From a virus, in the IMG/VR virus record IMGVR_UViG_3300010413_000018, positions 64,001 through 128,000 of that record: DNA of 64,000 nucleotides; one strand, 5' to 3'. Below are positions 20,024 to 29,834 of this stretch, in pieces. How positions within the stretch are numbered: the first letter of the stretch is position 1; every line of letters begins with the position of its first letter. Under the pieces are notes generated by a model. It ran no database searches. It was not told the origin of the DNA and was given only the letters and a program-made list of their open reading frames with translations. The position numbers were made by a program, and so were the translations under genes.

Positions 20024-21054
20024 TAAATTCCTCCACTACCTTTTGGACTTGGTCCTGTCTTGTATGATGCGCCGAGTTGGTAGGAAGTCAAACGTACTCC
20101 TTCGTCGTTAGTGGACGCGGTTTTCCCAATTACTTGATCATCAGGGAAACCGGTTAGATCTTGCATGTCGAATCCTCGTATTACAAATCTACCACTAAAA
20201 GCCCTAATGTTCGAATCGTTTGGTGTTTCAATGGCTTTTAAATCACCGTCCGGCATCAGGTCTATCTCATACTGTACCGTACCTTTTGACGAATCAGAAG
20301 GATCTCTTGCGAATTCAATGTATTTGTTGCGTTCAAAATAGCTGTATACTGCTGCCATTAAATTCAACAATTCCATCTTCAAGTCGGATACGCCAACAAT
20401 TCCAAATTCCATGTCTACAGTGTAACCTACTCTGCGCTTCAAGTATTCTCCTGCAGCCAGGCCTGCTTCGATTGGCGGTTGATTCTGTGAATAAAATCTA
20501 TTCTCAACCAAATCTGGACCGATTAGTGCTATTCCTGGAAGTTCGGCCAATTCTGTAATGTTTAACAGATCTCCGGTGTCGCCGTCAAATTCTGTGTGAG
20601 TGGATACTGAAACATTTGGAATTGTTTGTAGTTTGAATTCGTGAATTATGGCGCGAATTATTCTTGCGAAATCGCTTTGAGTAGCTAGCTGAGCACGGGA
20701 ATAAGTTAGTCCGTCTGATAGAATTACTTCTTCCCCAACAATTGGATCGCCATTATCGTCGAGGTTTCGTAAGGTTACATCTACTGTGCCTTCACCATAG
20801 TTGTTGGCTTTATCCACGGTTATTGGTGACTTTGGCACAAGCACAAATAATCTGGTTGCGCTGACTACCGCGACTTCTGTTCCGTATGAAGTGCCAAATA
20901 AAATTTCAACAGTAGGGATAGGATCGGCAGCGGGTTCTGAAGTGGCAGGTGGAAGTGTTGGAACTTTAAAATTAGTTCCAGTAATTTCAATTAAAGTTTT
21001 ACCTCCAGTAGGCACGCTGGGAGGAGAAACGTCAGTGATAGTAGGTACTGCCAT
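20023..21054 (-). CDS. Tail terminator/completion protein with N-terminal IPT/TIG domain
   Basis: PTITDVSPPSVPTGGKTLIEITGTNF (IPT/TIG); C-terminal terminator-like region; located upstream of the sheath. Confidence 0.65.
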   Translation of the reverse strand: MAVPTITDVSPPSVPTGGKTLIEITGTNFKVPTLPPATSEPAADPIPTVEILFGTSYGTEVAVVSATRLFVLVPKSPITVDKANNYGEGTVDVTLRNLDDNGDPIVGEEVILSDGLTYSRAQLATQSDFARIIRAIIHEFKLQTIPNVSVSTHTEFDGDTGDLLNITELAELPGIALIGPDLVENRFYSQNQPPIEAGLAAGEYLKRRVGYTVDMEFGIVGVSDLKMELLNLMAAVYSYFERNKYIEFARDPSDSSKGTVQYEIDLMPDGDLKAIETPNDSNIRAFSGRFVIRGFDMQDLTGFPDDQVIGKTASTNDEGVRLTSYQLGASYKTGPSPKGSGGI

Positions 21055-21060
21055 AGCTTG

Positions 21061-21069
21061 ATTATACCA
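21061..21069 (-). promoter_or_regulatory. Extended -10 promoter TGgTATAAT, 6 nt before the ATG at 21054 (possibly leaderless mRNA)
   Basis: Minus strand reads atggTATAATcaagctATG with no SD. Confidence 0.5.
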
Positions 21070-21074
21070 TACGA

Positions 21075-21719
21075 TTAAAATAACCCGACAGTTCCTTTTG
21101 AAATTTTGGCAATCCGTATTTTCATGTTTGCCAGTACGCGTTTACGGGTCATCTTGGCGTACACTGGTGCAATAAATGGACGTGCTGGAATTTGAATAAC
21201 CATAACACCGCGCGCTAAGCCTCCCCCAGTTTTACGGCGCTTTCCCCCTTTTACCGTTGCGTTAAGTCCACCGCGCCGCATCATGGCGTAAAAATACTTT
21301 CGCATTTTTTCTGTGACTTTAATGACCACAACGCGCCCTTCTTCGTGCACGCGCGCGATGTTGACTAAATCTTTTCCGTCGCTAGTCCGCGTTCCTCGCA
21401 GCACGCCAATAAAAATCTGATGCGAGCGTTCAACCAAGGCAATGTTTCGCCGTAAAGTAGCGGTACGAATTAACGCTTTACGGCCGGCGAAGCCTTCCGC
21501 GCGGCGTTTAGCGCGCGTCAATGGCGACAGTTTTTTAAAACGCTTGCCTCCTGGTGCTTGTTTCGTAATTCCCTGCACTACTTGCTTGTGCCAAAAGCGC
21601 GCTTCTTGAAGTAAAGCGCGGCGCCAAACCATATCAATTTTCTTTTGTCCGGCTGGTCCTAATGCATGACGAGCGCGCGCCCAGTCGCCAAATGGCTTAA
21701 TGATTATTCCACTGCTCAT
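21075..21719 (-). CDS. Virion morphogenesis / neck protein (Mu gpG-like)
   Basis: FKKLSPLT...KALIRTATLR...NIARVHEEG...IPARPFI. Confidence 0.8.
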   Translation of the reverse strand: MSSGIIIKPFGDWARARHALGPAGQKKIDMVWRRALLQEARFWHKQVVQGITKQAPGGKRFKKLSPLTRAKRRAEGFAGRKALIRTATLRRNIALVERSHQIFIGVLRGTRTSDGKDLVNIARVHEEGRVVVIKVTEKMRKYFYAMMRRGGLNATVKGGKRRKTGGGLARGVMVIQIPARPFIAPVYAKMTRKRVLANMKIRIAKISKGTVGLF

Positions 21720-22231
21720 CCAGCACCGCGTACGCCAAGATCACGCGTTTCAAACGTAACCAGTAAAAGATTTCTTTGGAGGCTTGAAAGCCCAAAGCCG
21801 CGCGACTGTACTTGCGTCACGAACAACCCTGGAGGGTTGGGAATCTGCTCGATAAGTTCTTCGGTGAGATCGTGTTTAATGGCGTCTAGCCGATCGTTTA
21901 CCCGTATCAGCGGTCTACCAGTAGCTGCTTCTACTAAGCCGGCATCTTCAAGATCGCGGTAGTGCATAATAACAGTAATTTGTGACGAAGGAGATCGTCC
22001 GTTCACCATCATTTCCAATTCTTCAAAAGTGCCTGGTTCTATTTGTGCTCTGCAGGTCACGATACTTTCTGATCGACTAATCGTACCGCGCCCCGAACCA
22101 CTAGCTGGAGGCACCATTATCGGCTCACGAAAATCTTCGTCGTAACCGCCGTCTGTAATAACCGCAGTCGCGTCAGTATCGAGCTGGGCTATATCCAACT
22201 TGAAAGGAAATATTAAACGCCCACGAGCCAT
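21716..22231 (-). CDS. Head closure protein (putative)
   Basis: Located after the adaptor; GYDEDFREP motif; beta-rich. Confidence 0.6.
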   Translation of the reverse strand: MARGRLIFPFKLDIAQLDTDATAVITDGGYDEDFREPIMVPPASGSGRGTISRSESIVTCRAQIEPGTFEELEMMVNGRSPSSQITVIMHYRDLEDAGLVEAATGRPLIRVNDRLDAIKHDLTEELIEQIPNPPGLFVTQVQSRGFGLSSLQRNLLLVTFETRDLGVRGAG

Positions 22232-23304
22232 TACACTGACCTCAATCTAACGGGTGCGGAATACATTAGAAGAATGTTATCGATACGCGGATCGCCGGTA
22301 AACGGGCCAACGCCTTGGCGTCCTAACGACACCGGATTCACAAAAGAAATGGATTGGTCACGGGTCTTTTGCGATGTTATTCTCCACCATGCTCCGGTGC
22401 GCTCATCAGTTGGGTCAGCAGTGTAAAGTGAGGGTAGTTCTCGCATTGCCATCATTTTAGCCGCATGCTGAATGGCAAGTGGCGTCATACCGGTGGCAGA
22501 ACCGTCGTAGTCAGTGTATCCAAATACACCTTCAACCGTGACGTTTAATTGTCCGCGCGGAAACCAAGTCAGCCCAAACTTAAACAGCAGGTCGTCATCA
22601 AACGGCTGACTTATTTCAAGGCGTGGGTTTTCGCGATCGTCCGGATTTGTTAGGCCTTGTGTAATGTGCCGATTATAAACGATTATTTCACTGGTTGAAT
22701 ACGATACACCATCAAGTTGCACATCAGTTATTGATATAATAGGTTGTTCCAGAAGGATAGCTGGAGTGCCGGATCCGTCTAAGTTGAAGGTTAAGGTTCG
22801 TGGTTCGAACCATCTTCCGGTGTACCGCTCGATATCTTTTGAGACGCGTTGAATAATCGTTTCGAGGTATGAGTCTGAGTATGAAGTTGGCACACCCTCG
22901 TCACGGAGATCTTGTACCGTACAGTACATGGTTTCTGTGCCTGGTGACCCGGTCGATTCGACAAGAACTTCAAAATCTTCCTCGCCAGTTTGATACGACG
23001 ACGTCGATTGATACTTCCATCTCCAATAGATGCGGTAAGTTCCGAGGTCAGCTGAAACGTCTGGCGTCCATCCTTGTCCTTCAGTGTTGTCGTAGGCATA
23101 GTAGGAACCCTCCGCGAAGCGTCCAGGAGCGCTTGTGACGTCTTCCCATCCAGTTACCGGAAATACCTGAGTGCCTGGTAAGCCTCCCTCGATATTGAAG
23201 ATTTGGAACTCCACCAGATACATGTCGGTTTTAACATTGTTGATGCTGATGAACCAATTTATGTTATCGGTAGTGTTTTCTTGTCCGCGCGGTATGGATG
23301 GCAT
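22231..23304 (-). CDS. Head-tail adaptor with N-terminal Ig-like domain
   Basis: MYCTVQDLRDEG...IERYTGRWF...GVFGY...TPLAIQHAA adaptor pattern. Confidence 0.75.
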   Translation of the reverse strand: MPSIPRGQENTTDNINWFISINNVKTDMYLVEFQIFNIEGGLPGTQVFPVTGWEDVTSAPGRFAEGSYYAYDNTEGQGWTPDVSADLGTYRIYWRWKYQSTSSYQTGEEDFEVLVESTGSPGTETMYCTVQDLRDEGVPTSYSDSYLETIIQRVSKDIERYTGRWFEPRTLTFNLDGSGTPAILLEQPIISITDVQLDGVSYSTSEIIVYNRHITQGLTNPDDRENPRLEISQPFDDDLLFKFGLTWFPRGQLNVTVEGVFGYTDYDGSATGMTPLAIQHAAKMMAMRELPSLYTADPTDERTGAWWRITSQKTRDQSISFVNPVSLGRQGVGPFTGDPRIDNILLMYSAPVRLRSV

Positions 23305-23319
23305 AGTGAACCCTTTCTG

Positions 23320-23598
23320 TTATGGTAGCACACCGTCCGGATCGTATGGACTGCCAACTACTGGAATGTCACCGTAGAATGCTTGAATTCTAAAACCCGT
23401 TTTGGGAGCAACATTGAACTGGAACTCGGTGTCTGATATTTCAGTGATACCAAAATTATCGTCGTCTACCGGATAAATCAACCCATTGACCACACCGCGT
23501 AAAGTTCCTGCTAGATACGGAGTGGGTGTAGTAAAGTTACGGTTAACGCCATCGACGTCACCAGTAACATCAAAAATACCTGAACTTGCATCGCTCAC
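23320..23598 (-). CDS. Small beta-rich virion protein
   Basis: GDVDGVNRNFT...VNGL...FNVAPKTG pattern seen in phage structural domains. Confidence 0.55.
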   Translation of the reverse strand: MSDASSGIFDVTGDVDGVNRNFTTPTPYLAGTLRGVVNGLIYPVDDDNFGITEISDTEFQFNVAPKTGFRIQAFYGDIPVVGSPYDPDGVLP

Positions 23599-24482
23599 AC
23601 TTTCATTCTACCACTTTGTTTAGCTTCAAACACTTTCTTGGCGTCTGCATAACCTAGTGTCATCAATTTGCGATTTTTACTGGGAGAAAAGTCTAGACTA
23701 TCGCCAAGAGATTTTTCCGGTTGAACTACCGTAATATCGACCCACCGCTTATCATAAGCGTTACCTAGGTTCGCCGCCAGTTCATTGTGCAATTCTGCTT
23801 TTCGCAGGTCATCGCGACTAATTTCGCTGCACATAATATCCAGTACTCTTGAAACTTGTTCTAAGATGCTGGGATTGTTTTCTTTTTGAAAGTCAACTTT
23901 TTGAGGCCCACATGTAACTACAATTATTTTAGTAGCACCTAAGTCGAAGGCGGATCGTAACGGTGTGATATTTCTCAAGCCACCGTCGCTGTAAATTATT
24001 TCTTTTATTTTAACCGGTGAAAAGAAAATAGGGAAACTGCTCGATGCTTGAACACCTTGTACGATGTCCGGGCTTTTTTCATTCCACGTAGCGCATTCAC
24101 CGTCATTTAACGAAACACCGGTAATACGCAGTAGCTTTCCGGAACTGCGCAGCCGATCTACGTTCAAGTGCTTGTGTAGTAAGTTCCGCACTGGTTCAGT
24201 GTTGTAAACGCTGCCTTTCCAAAAAGCGGGTAAATACCACAACAATCCCCAGCACCATTTTTTATAAATCCAACTAGTATCAAGCTTAAGCCAAAGCTTT
24301 TCTAACTCAACCAACCCTGCGTATTCTTTACCGTGGCTGAACTGAGCTAGAAAAGCTGAATTAATTGCTCCTACAGAAACGCCGCAGTAAGCATCAGGAC
24401 GATAGCATTGGAGAATGTAGTCTAAAGCGCCTACTTCGTAGGCACCATTCGCTCCGCCACCTGATAGTACTACTGCTAGCAT
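23595..24482 (-). CDS. Patatin-like phospholipase
   Basis: LSGGGANGAY oxyanion loop, GVSVG nucleophile elbow, ASSSFP and catalytic DGG. Confidence 0.92.
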   Translation of the reverse strand: MLAVVLSGGGANGAYEVGALDYILQCYRPDAYCGVSVGAINSAFLAQFSHGKEYAGLVELEKLWLKLDTSWIYKKWCWGLLWYLPAFWKGSVYNTEPVRNLLHKHLNVDRLRSSGKLLRITGVSLNDGECATWNEKSPDIVQGVQASSSFPIFFSPVKIKEIIYSDGGLRNITPLRSAFDLGATKIIVVTCGPQKVDFQKENNPSILEQVSRVLDIMCSEISRDDLRKAELHNELAANLGNAYDKRWVDITVVQPEKSLGDSLDFSPSKNRKLMTLGYADAKKVFEAKQSGRMKV

Positions 24483-24520
24483 TTCCGCCTCCGTGTTAAA
24501 TTGTGAGTTTACTTACAGTA

Positions 24521-26020
24521 CTAATTGTATCCGCAAACTTCTTCGACGCCAGTGTATTGCGTGCAGGTTCCGCTTGTTGAAGTATCAAGCGAGCATGCCC
24601 ACATATATTCAGGACTGGCTTGATCCGGCCACTGATTCAAGTTCATCGTTACTCCGTCGCCGGTTCCGTACACGTCGGTGGAGGCGTCGTGTAAGCTTAC
24701 CCAAATACAAGTAGTTGTACTCCAATCTCCCCACAGTCCATTAGTAGCGTAGAACGAATTATTGCTGGAATCTACTGTAAGGTCTTTACCTTCGCGGTAC
24801 ATCTTATTGGTTTGTACCCATGATCGCGCGTGCCAACTTCCGGATGGTATATCAGTAATAGTTCCAGAAACGTAGCCACTCCATCCAATAAATGAAAACG
24901 CAATCGCTGACAAACTTGGGTCTCCACCTCCACCGTCTACTCCTGCATCTGGATCGGCGTCAGTAGTATCTTGTGCTTCACTGGAATACGTGCTTATTTC
25001 ATCCCCATCATTAACGGCAGCTATTCGATAAATGTACGTAGTACTCGCGCTCAGACTGACATCAGTATAATCAGTGGCTTCTGCGTCAGTAGTAGTGACA
25101 ACAGAATACGAACCTCCTGATTCTTTTCGCTCTATTTGGTAACCATACTCGCCGCTTGACGTGTCGTTCCATTCTAAGTCAATGCTGGAACTAGACGTTG
25201 CGGTAGCTGATAATCCGGTTGGTTGGTTGAGTAATACCAATGGAATAAATTCAAAGTCGTCTATAACTACTTCTTGCCAAGACGCAGGATCGTTGCCGTC
25301 CACTAACCAAAAATTTAATCGTGCATAAATTGGTTCAGTAGGGCATGGGTATACGCCATCACCGGTGCGTACTCCATCCGCAATGTAAACGCCATCTTTT
25401 ATTGAACTAAAAGTAATCGATGAAGGCATCCAACTAAACGAATGCTCGATGGCTCCAGTTCCAAACGTTTTTAAACTGTGGTCAGCCGTCGACGAGCTAT
25501 CTAGCCAGGTTACATACCATAAATTGTAATCCGGTGTTGAATCTCCCCAGTCACTTATTTCAATGTCAATCTCGTAATTATCGTACGCTGGCACGTCGTC
25601 ATAAGTAAACATTCCAAACACTACGTTCGGATCAAATGAATCTGGAGATCCGTTAGGCCCATTGTTCACGGTATATTTATAAATTCCGCAACCACTCACT
25701 GGCGTTTTAATTGAAACTGCTCCGTAATGGCTTAGGGCGGATTTGTAGTTCATTTTCATATGTAGACTGCCATATGCGTCGACCCATATGTCTTCTTCGT
25801 CGCCGCACCAATAGTTCGGGCCAGGACCGGCTGTGTTGCCTACTGAGCAGTAACCGCTTTTCACGTCCCACGTATAACCCGCAAAGTCAATGGTATCCAG
25901 CACTACTGCTGAAGACGTTTTACTTATTGGATCGTTTTGTGGTAACTGTGCGCAGCTATACACAATAGTTAGTGTCATGCTTATTATTAGCATAAGCAGT
26001 ATTTTAGTTAGGTGTTTCAT
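24521..26020 (-). CDS. Lipoprotein with GH16-like glycoside hydrolase and fibronectin type III domains
   Basis: Signal peptide ending IVYSC; EIDIE catalytic motif; ARLNFW; FN3 PTGLSATATSSSSIDLEW...YIYRIAAVN; DAGVDGGGG linker; Cys-rich C-terminus. Confidence 0.75.
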   Translation of the reverse strand: MKHLTKILLMLIISMTLTIVYSCAQLPQNDPISKTSSAVVLDTIDFAGYTWDVKSGYCSVGNTAGPGPNYWCGDEEDIWVDAYGSLHMKMNYKSALSHYGAVSIKTPVSGCGIYKYTVNNGPNGSPDSFDPNVVFGMFTYDDVPAYDNYEIDIEISDWGDSTPDYNLWYVTWLDSSSTADHSLKTFGTGAIEHSFSWMPSSITFSSIKDGVYIADGVRTGDGVYPCPTEPIYARLNFWLVDGNDPASWQEVVIDDFEFIPLVLLNQPTGLSATATSSSSIDLEWNDTSSGEYGYQIERKESGGSYSVVTTTDAEATDYTDVSLSASTTYIYRIAAVNDGDEISTYSSEAQDTTDADPDAGVDGGGGDPSLSAIAFSFIGWSGYVSGTITDIPSGSWHARSWVQTNKMYREGKDLTVDSSNNSFYATNGLWGDWSTTTCIWVSLHDASTDVYGTGDGVTMNLNQWPDQASPEYMWACSLDTSTSGTCTQYTGVEEVCGYN

Positions 26021-26037
26021 ACTTCTCTCCGGTTGGG

Positions 26038-26595
26038 TTAACGGGTATCAATGATTGCGTTAACCTCGTCAATGGTTGTGGCAGCGTTAATTGCTACCTT
26101 CAAATTTGTGCCGATGTCTATCTTGCCTTTTAAAGTTCCTAAGCCAGTAGCGTAAAAAGCAAGCATTGTCGCGACGTCTTCAACGTCATAGTAGGTAGTG
26201 TCATCTTTTGACATCCAACGAATTGGAAATGGAGCGTTGGCTCCTGCAATTACGCAACCCATAATACGCGCTTGGGATTCAACAGACGCGGAAAATTTAA
26301 TTCCTTCAAATTCAAAACCTTCATCAACTAGTTCGCGCGTGCGCTTATCAATTTCTTCGCGCCGTTGGACCTTTAAGTTTTCCAGTACTTGAGGATCATG
26401 CGCGGCTATTAATGCATCCAGAGTAGCGGTTTGCTCAACAGAAAGTTCGTCAGCAAACGTTAATACCAACGATAACCCATCTTTTGAAAAAGCAATTCCT
26501 GCTGGGTCTGGAATGGTTTCTTCTGCTTCTAGCTGATTCAGCAAAAACGTAAAGTTAATGGAGTCTTTTTCTATGCTATAACTTGTACTATACAT
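26038..26595 (-). CDS. DUF4376-like fibre-associated protein
   Basis: GFEFEG...SQARI...WMSKDDT...LKVAINAATTIDEVNAI pattern. Confidence 0.65.
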   Translation of the reverse strand: MYSTSYSIEKDSINFTFLLNQLEAEETIPDPAGIAFSKDGLSLVLTFADELSVEQTATLDALIAAHDPQVLENLKVQRREEIDKRTRELVDEGFEFEGIKFSASVESQARIMGCVIAGANAPFPIRWMSKDDTTYYDVEDVATMLAFYATGLGTLKGKIDIGTNLKVAINAATTIDEVNAIIDTR

Positions 26596-27337
26596 AACGC
26601 CGTACCTTCATGGAGCGCGCCTCGGCTATTACTTTGCGCCCTCTGTATGCCCACCATCTCATGCTAATGATTTGTCCTACTTGTAAGTTTGGAATACCAG
26701 CATCGGTTTGTACTGCAACGTACGATTCTGCTTCAACAATACGCCGTGTTTCAGGTAACATTTCATCATCCACGTAAATTGCTACAAATACAGTTTCAGA
26801 ACTTTTCAAGCATGCAAACTGTCCGTTGAATTCTACTTCATAATTACCCGCGATTTCAACAAGTTTTTCCATCCCATACATTAAGATCGGTTCTGTTGAT
26901 TTAGTGTAAATCAATCCGGTTTCTACGATGCGTTCTGGAGTAAAAATAATTGTGCCTGCTCCAACGAATATGACGTTAGATGATTTAACTTTCTTTTTTC
27001 GCCACCCGTCTTCACTATCTTCTACTAAAAAAATGTCGTCTTCGTCTACCAGTTCTTTTTCCGGTGCATCGTTGAAACTGTAAATACTAGCAGTGCTAAC
27101 CACTGGCATTGCAACATTTAGCGATTCATCTTGAGAAAGGTCACGCGAACCGTCATTTAAAATGCACTTCCCAGTTGTAATGTAAGCTTGTAATTGTGGA
27201 TCCGCTTGAATCTCATACACTTTGTTGGTAGCAGTTAGGTCAACATCAACACCAGGTAAAAGCGTGCGGTTTTCTACGTTTAAATTGTCAATAGGAAGCG
27301 CAGCTGCCGTGACGTTTCGCACAATAATAGTGGCCAC
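26588..27337 (-). CDS. Hypothetical fibre-module protein
   Basis: DDIFLVEDSEDGWRKKKV fibre linker; C-terminal beta-sandwich. Confidence 0.5.
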   Translation of the reverse strand: MATIIVRNVTAAALPIDNLNVENRTLLPGVDVDLTATNKVYEIQADPQLQAYITTGKCILNDGSRDLSQDESLNVAMPVVSTASIYSFNDAPEKELVDEDDIFLVEDSEDGWRKKKVKSSNVIFVGAGTIIFTPERIVETGLIYTKSTEPILMYGMEKLVEIAGNYEVEFNGQFACLKSSETVFVAIYVDDEMLPETRRIVEAESYVAVQTDAGIPNLQVGQIISMRWWAYRGRKVIAEARSMKVRRYV

Positions 27338-27338
27338 G

Positions 27339-28052
27339 TTACACCCTCCATCTTATTTCTAAATCCACGGATGCGTATTGAGTTGGGTTCCCTCCGGCTT
27401 TATTACGTACCGCGATTATGTCTCCTTGCTCAAAATCGCCATCAAGGTGATTATAGAAACCACTTATTTCGGTGGACGCGAGTTCAGCTATTGGATTGCC
27501 TGATGCTGTTACTTCAAACGTTGCAGCAACAGGTGTGTCCCGCGTGTAATTTATTGAAACTACTGTTCCTTTATACTTGGCTGCGAGACCTCGTGTAGCT
27601 GACATTGCACGCCCATCACTGCCGCGATAGTACGCACCCGCTGCCGTGACACCATTTCGTTCAGCGTGAAGTTGAAATGTAACTGTTGATAGCCACTTTC
27701 CACACACTATATCGTACTGCATTTCCATGCCGATTAACGTGTTAAAGTATCGATCGCCATCTTCACCTTCTTCCGGATCCGCTTCAGAATCTGGGTAACG
27801 GCGAGAAGTGTGTTTGGGCGTTAAACCAGCGACTACTACTGCGGCTTTTTCTGCTTCTGTCATTTCTATAAAATAGGCGCTTGCAATTTTCTGGTAGCAT
27901 AACAGCACGTTTTTTACTGGAGTGGCGCTCCAATCAAGTGGAACGATCGTATTTTCTGCCGGATCATAGTCGTTTAAAAAATCAGAAAAACCATACCGTA
28001 GCACGGCACCGGTTACAGTATGAATTACAGCATTTCGATTATCAGTAGGCAT
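27339..28052 (-). CDS. Hypothetical fibre-module protein
   Basis: DPEEGEDGDRYFNT...QYD...W fibre knuckle motif. Confidence 0.5.
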   Translation of the reverse strand: MPTDNRNAVIHTVTGAVLRYGFSDFLNDYDPAENTIVPLDWSATPVKNVLLCYQKIASAYFIEMTEAEKAAVVVAGLTPKHTSRRYPDSEADPEEGEDGDRYFNTLIGMEMQYDIVCGKWLSTVTFQLHAERNGVTAAGAYYRGSDGRAMSATRGLAAKYKGTVVSINYTRDTPVAATFEVTASGNPIAELASTEISGFYNHLDGDFEQGDIIAVRNKAGGNPTQYASVDLEIRWRV

Positions 28053-29210
28053 TTAGCAAAAATCCCAAAATCCTTTTGCCCAAACTGTAAGAGCACAGCT
28101 TGCGCTGAAGTTAATGTATTGAATGTAGCGGGTGGTGGATGCCCAAATCTTAAATACTGCGGCAGAAGTTGCGCTGTTACCATTGGCTCCAGCATAAATG
28201 ATAAATGGTGGATCGCCTTGCGACGAATCTTTATTTCGCATCGCCGCGCTCTGATCATAATTCGCCGCCGTATAACGACACATTAAATAAACAAACAAGC
28301 CGGTTGGAGGAATACGAGCGCCAAGATAAATATCAGTCCATGAAGTCGCAGCACCGTTTGTTAGCATTTCAATATTGTCTTCATCTTCTTCATCGTACGA
28401 GCAGTAACGTTCTCGTCCTAGGTCGCTCTTGTAATCAAACATAAAAAAGTCGCTGCTACCATTGTTTATTACGCTGCCAATTCTACGGTATTTTGTGTAC
28501 CCACTCGGTAACGTCGGTGATGTTGAGCTTAGGCTAAGCAAACCGGCATAAGTGGTGGTGGTCGGATTGTAAATCACGTAGATATAGTACCAATACCACG
28601 CGCCCTCACTACCCGTGTCGAGTCCATTGGCTCCAGATTGTGAAATGTCTACCGTTAGCGTAGATGTTAAAACCATATTAAACGTGTCGGCTTGATCGCG
28701 ACATACACCTGCCTCAATATCGATTTGGTAAGCAGGATTTGACGCATTATTGTACGTCTTAAAGCCGTACATGTAGCCGGTCGGAAAAACAGTTTCCCCA
28801 CCCCCAGCTCCTGGCGGTTCCGCCCAATTACCATCAGCGCGTAAATAATTTGTAGTGCCTCCTCCTAGCTTCGGCAGTAAACCGTGGGCACTGGTTGAAG
28901 CATTAAGATCTGTATTGTCGTCGGCTGCAGCAAGATCATCAATTTTTATCGCGTCGCCACCGCCACTTTGATGGGTGGATGCATGAGCACTTACGTCTGC
29001 AGTTACATCGTCCCATGCGTCGTTCGCATCATTGCGCCGGTATAATTTGTCTTCGTCAGATCGCCAGAACAATTCTTTAGCGGTAGGAGTGCCTGGAAAA
29101 CTGGTACCGCTAGGAACAATCAGTGTTCCGCCGTTATCTCGATCAAAAATGTACTGGCCGGTTATTGTTCTAGGCGTTGAGCTGTCGATAACTATGTATG
29201 AAACTGGCAT
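28053..29210 (-). CDS. Fibre protein
   Basis: FPGTPTAKELFWRSDEDKLY; HASTHQSGGGD; YLRADGNW; NGLDTGS...WYYIYVI...PTLPSGYTKYRRIGSV. Confidence 0.65.
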   Translation of the reverse strand: MPVSYIVIDSSTPRTITGQYIFDRDNGGTLIVPSGTSFPGTPTAKELFWRSDEDKLYRRNDANDAWDDVTADVSAHASTHQSGGGDAIKIDDLAAADDNTDLNASTSAHGLLPKLGGGTTNYLRADGNWAEPPGAGGGETVFPTGYMYGFKTYNNASNPAYQIDIEAGVCRDQADTFNMVLTSTLTVDISQSGANGLDTGSEGAWYWYYIYVIYNPTTTTYAGLLSLSSTSPTLPSGYTKYRRIGSVINNGSSDFFMFDYKSDLGRERYCSYDEEDEDNIEMLTNGAATSWTDIYLGARIPPTGLFVYLMCRYTAANYDQSAAMRNKDSSQGDPPFIIYAGANGNSATSAAVFKIWASTTRYIQYINFSASCALTVWAKGFWDFC

Positions 29211-29834
29211 CTAACTTCTCACACAGGTGACTGATTGAATTTTTCCGCTACTGTAAGTGTATGTGTACGTAAGTGTTTCTACCAAAGTTCCTGCACCGTT
29301 ATATTGCTTGGTCGTTTCTGTAGCAACACGACCACTTGAATAAGTGTAATCGTACTCACGTATCTTTAAAGTTTTACCAGAATTTGTCCAAACAGTCACA
29401 TTGCTGATTTCGTTGCCGTTGTAAGTGTATTCTTCGTAGTAGTCTTCATCTAACTCATGCGCTAACGTGTCGAGGGTACGATGATTGTCTGCCGACAGTT
29501 TATCGGTTAGGTCGATTTCACTGCCGGCAGAATCCGGAATCCAGAATAACCCATCGTCGCCAGTCTTTTTGTAAAGACGCCCTTCACCGTCTGACGGATT
29601 GCCAGGCGCAGAAGTGTCTTCCAGCTCGATATAACCATCAATACGGCTATCACCGAGCATATGCGCTAATGCGCTGGTTGAACCAATCTGAAGCTCCTCG
29701 CCAGCACCTAACGTTGAACCTATTACTAAGTCACCAGATGCTTGCTTTCTCTCGAACGCGTCTGCCTGCAAGGCCTCATCATTAGCTACTTGCGCCAGGA
29801 AACCGTCAGATCCGAGTATTAGTGCGAGTGCCAT
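29211..29834 (-). CDS. Fibre-module protein; N-terminus paralogous to 30781..32652
   Basis: MALALILGSDGFLAQV...IGSTLGAGEELQIG...MLGDSRIDG; Tyr-rich YTYS C-terminus. Confidence 0.55.
   Translation of the reverse strand: MALALILGSDGFLAQVANDEALQADAFERKQASGDLVIGSTLGAGEELQIGSTSALAHMLGDSRIDGYIELEDTSAPGNPSDGEGRLYKKTGDDGLFWIPDSAGSEIDLTDKLSADNHRTLDTLAHELDEDYYEEYTYNGNEISNVTVWTNSGKTLKIREYDYTYSSGRVATETTKQYNGAGTLVETLTYTYTYSSGKIQSVTCVRS

Noticed and set aside
5993-21054. Stand-alone eCIS or tailocin locus
   Set aside because: Terminase, portal, protease and capsid genes lie in the same gene run, so this is a phage tail.
23595-24482. CBASS-type defence system around the patatin
   Set aside because: No CD-NTase or other CBASS components nearby; the flanking genes are structural-type or a lipoprotein.
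869-29210. Diversity-generating retroelement or invertible fibre cassette
   Set aside because: No reverse transcriptase, invertase or template/variable repeat pair was seen in this window.
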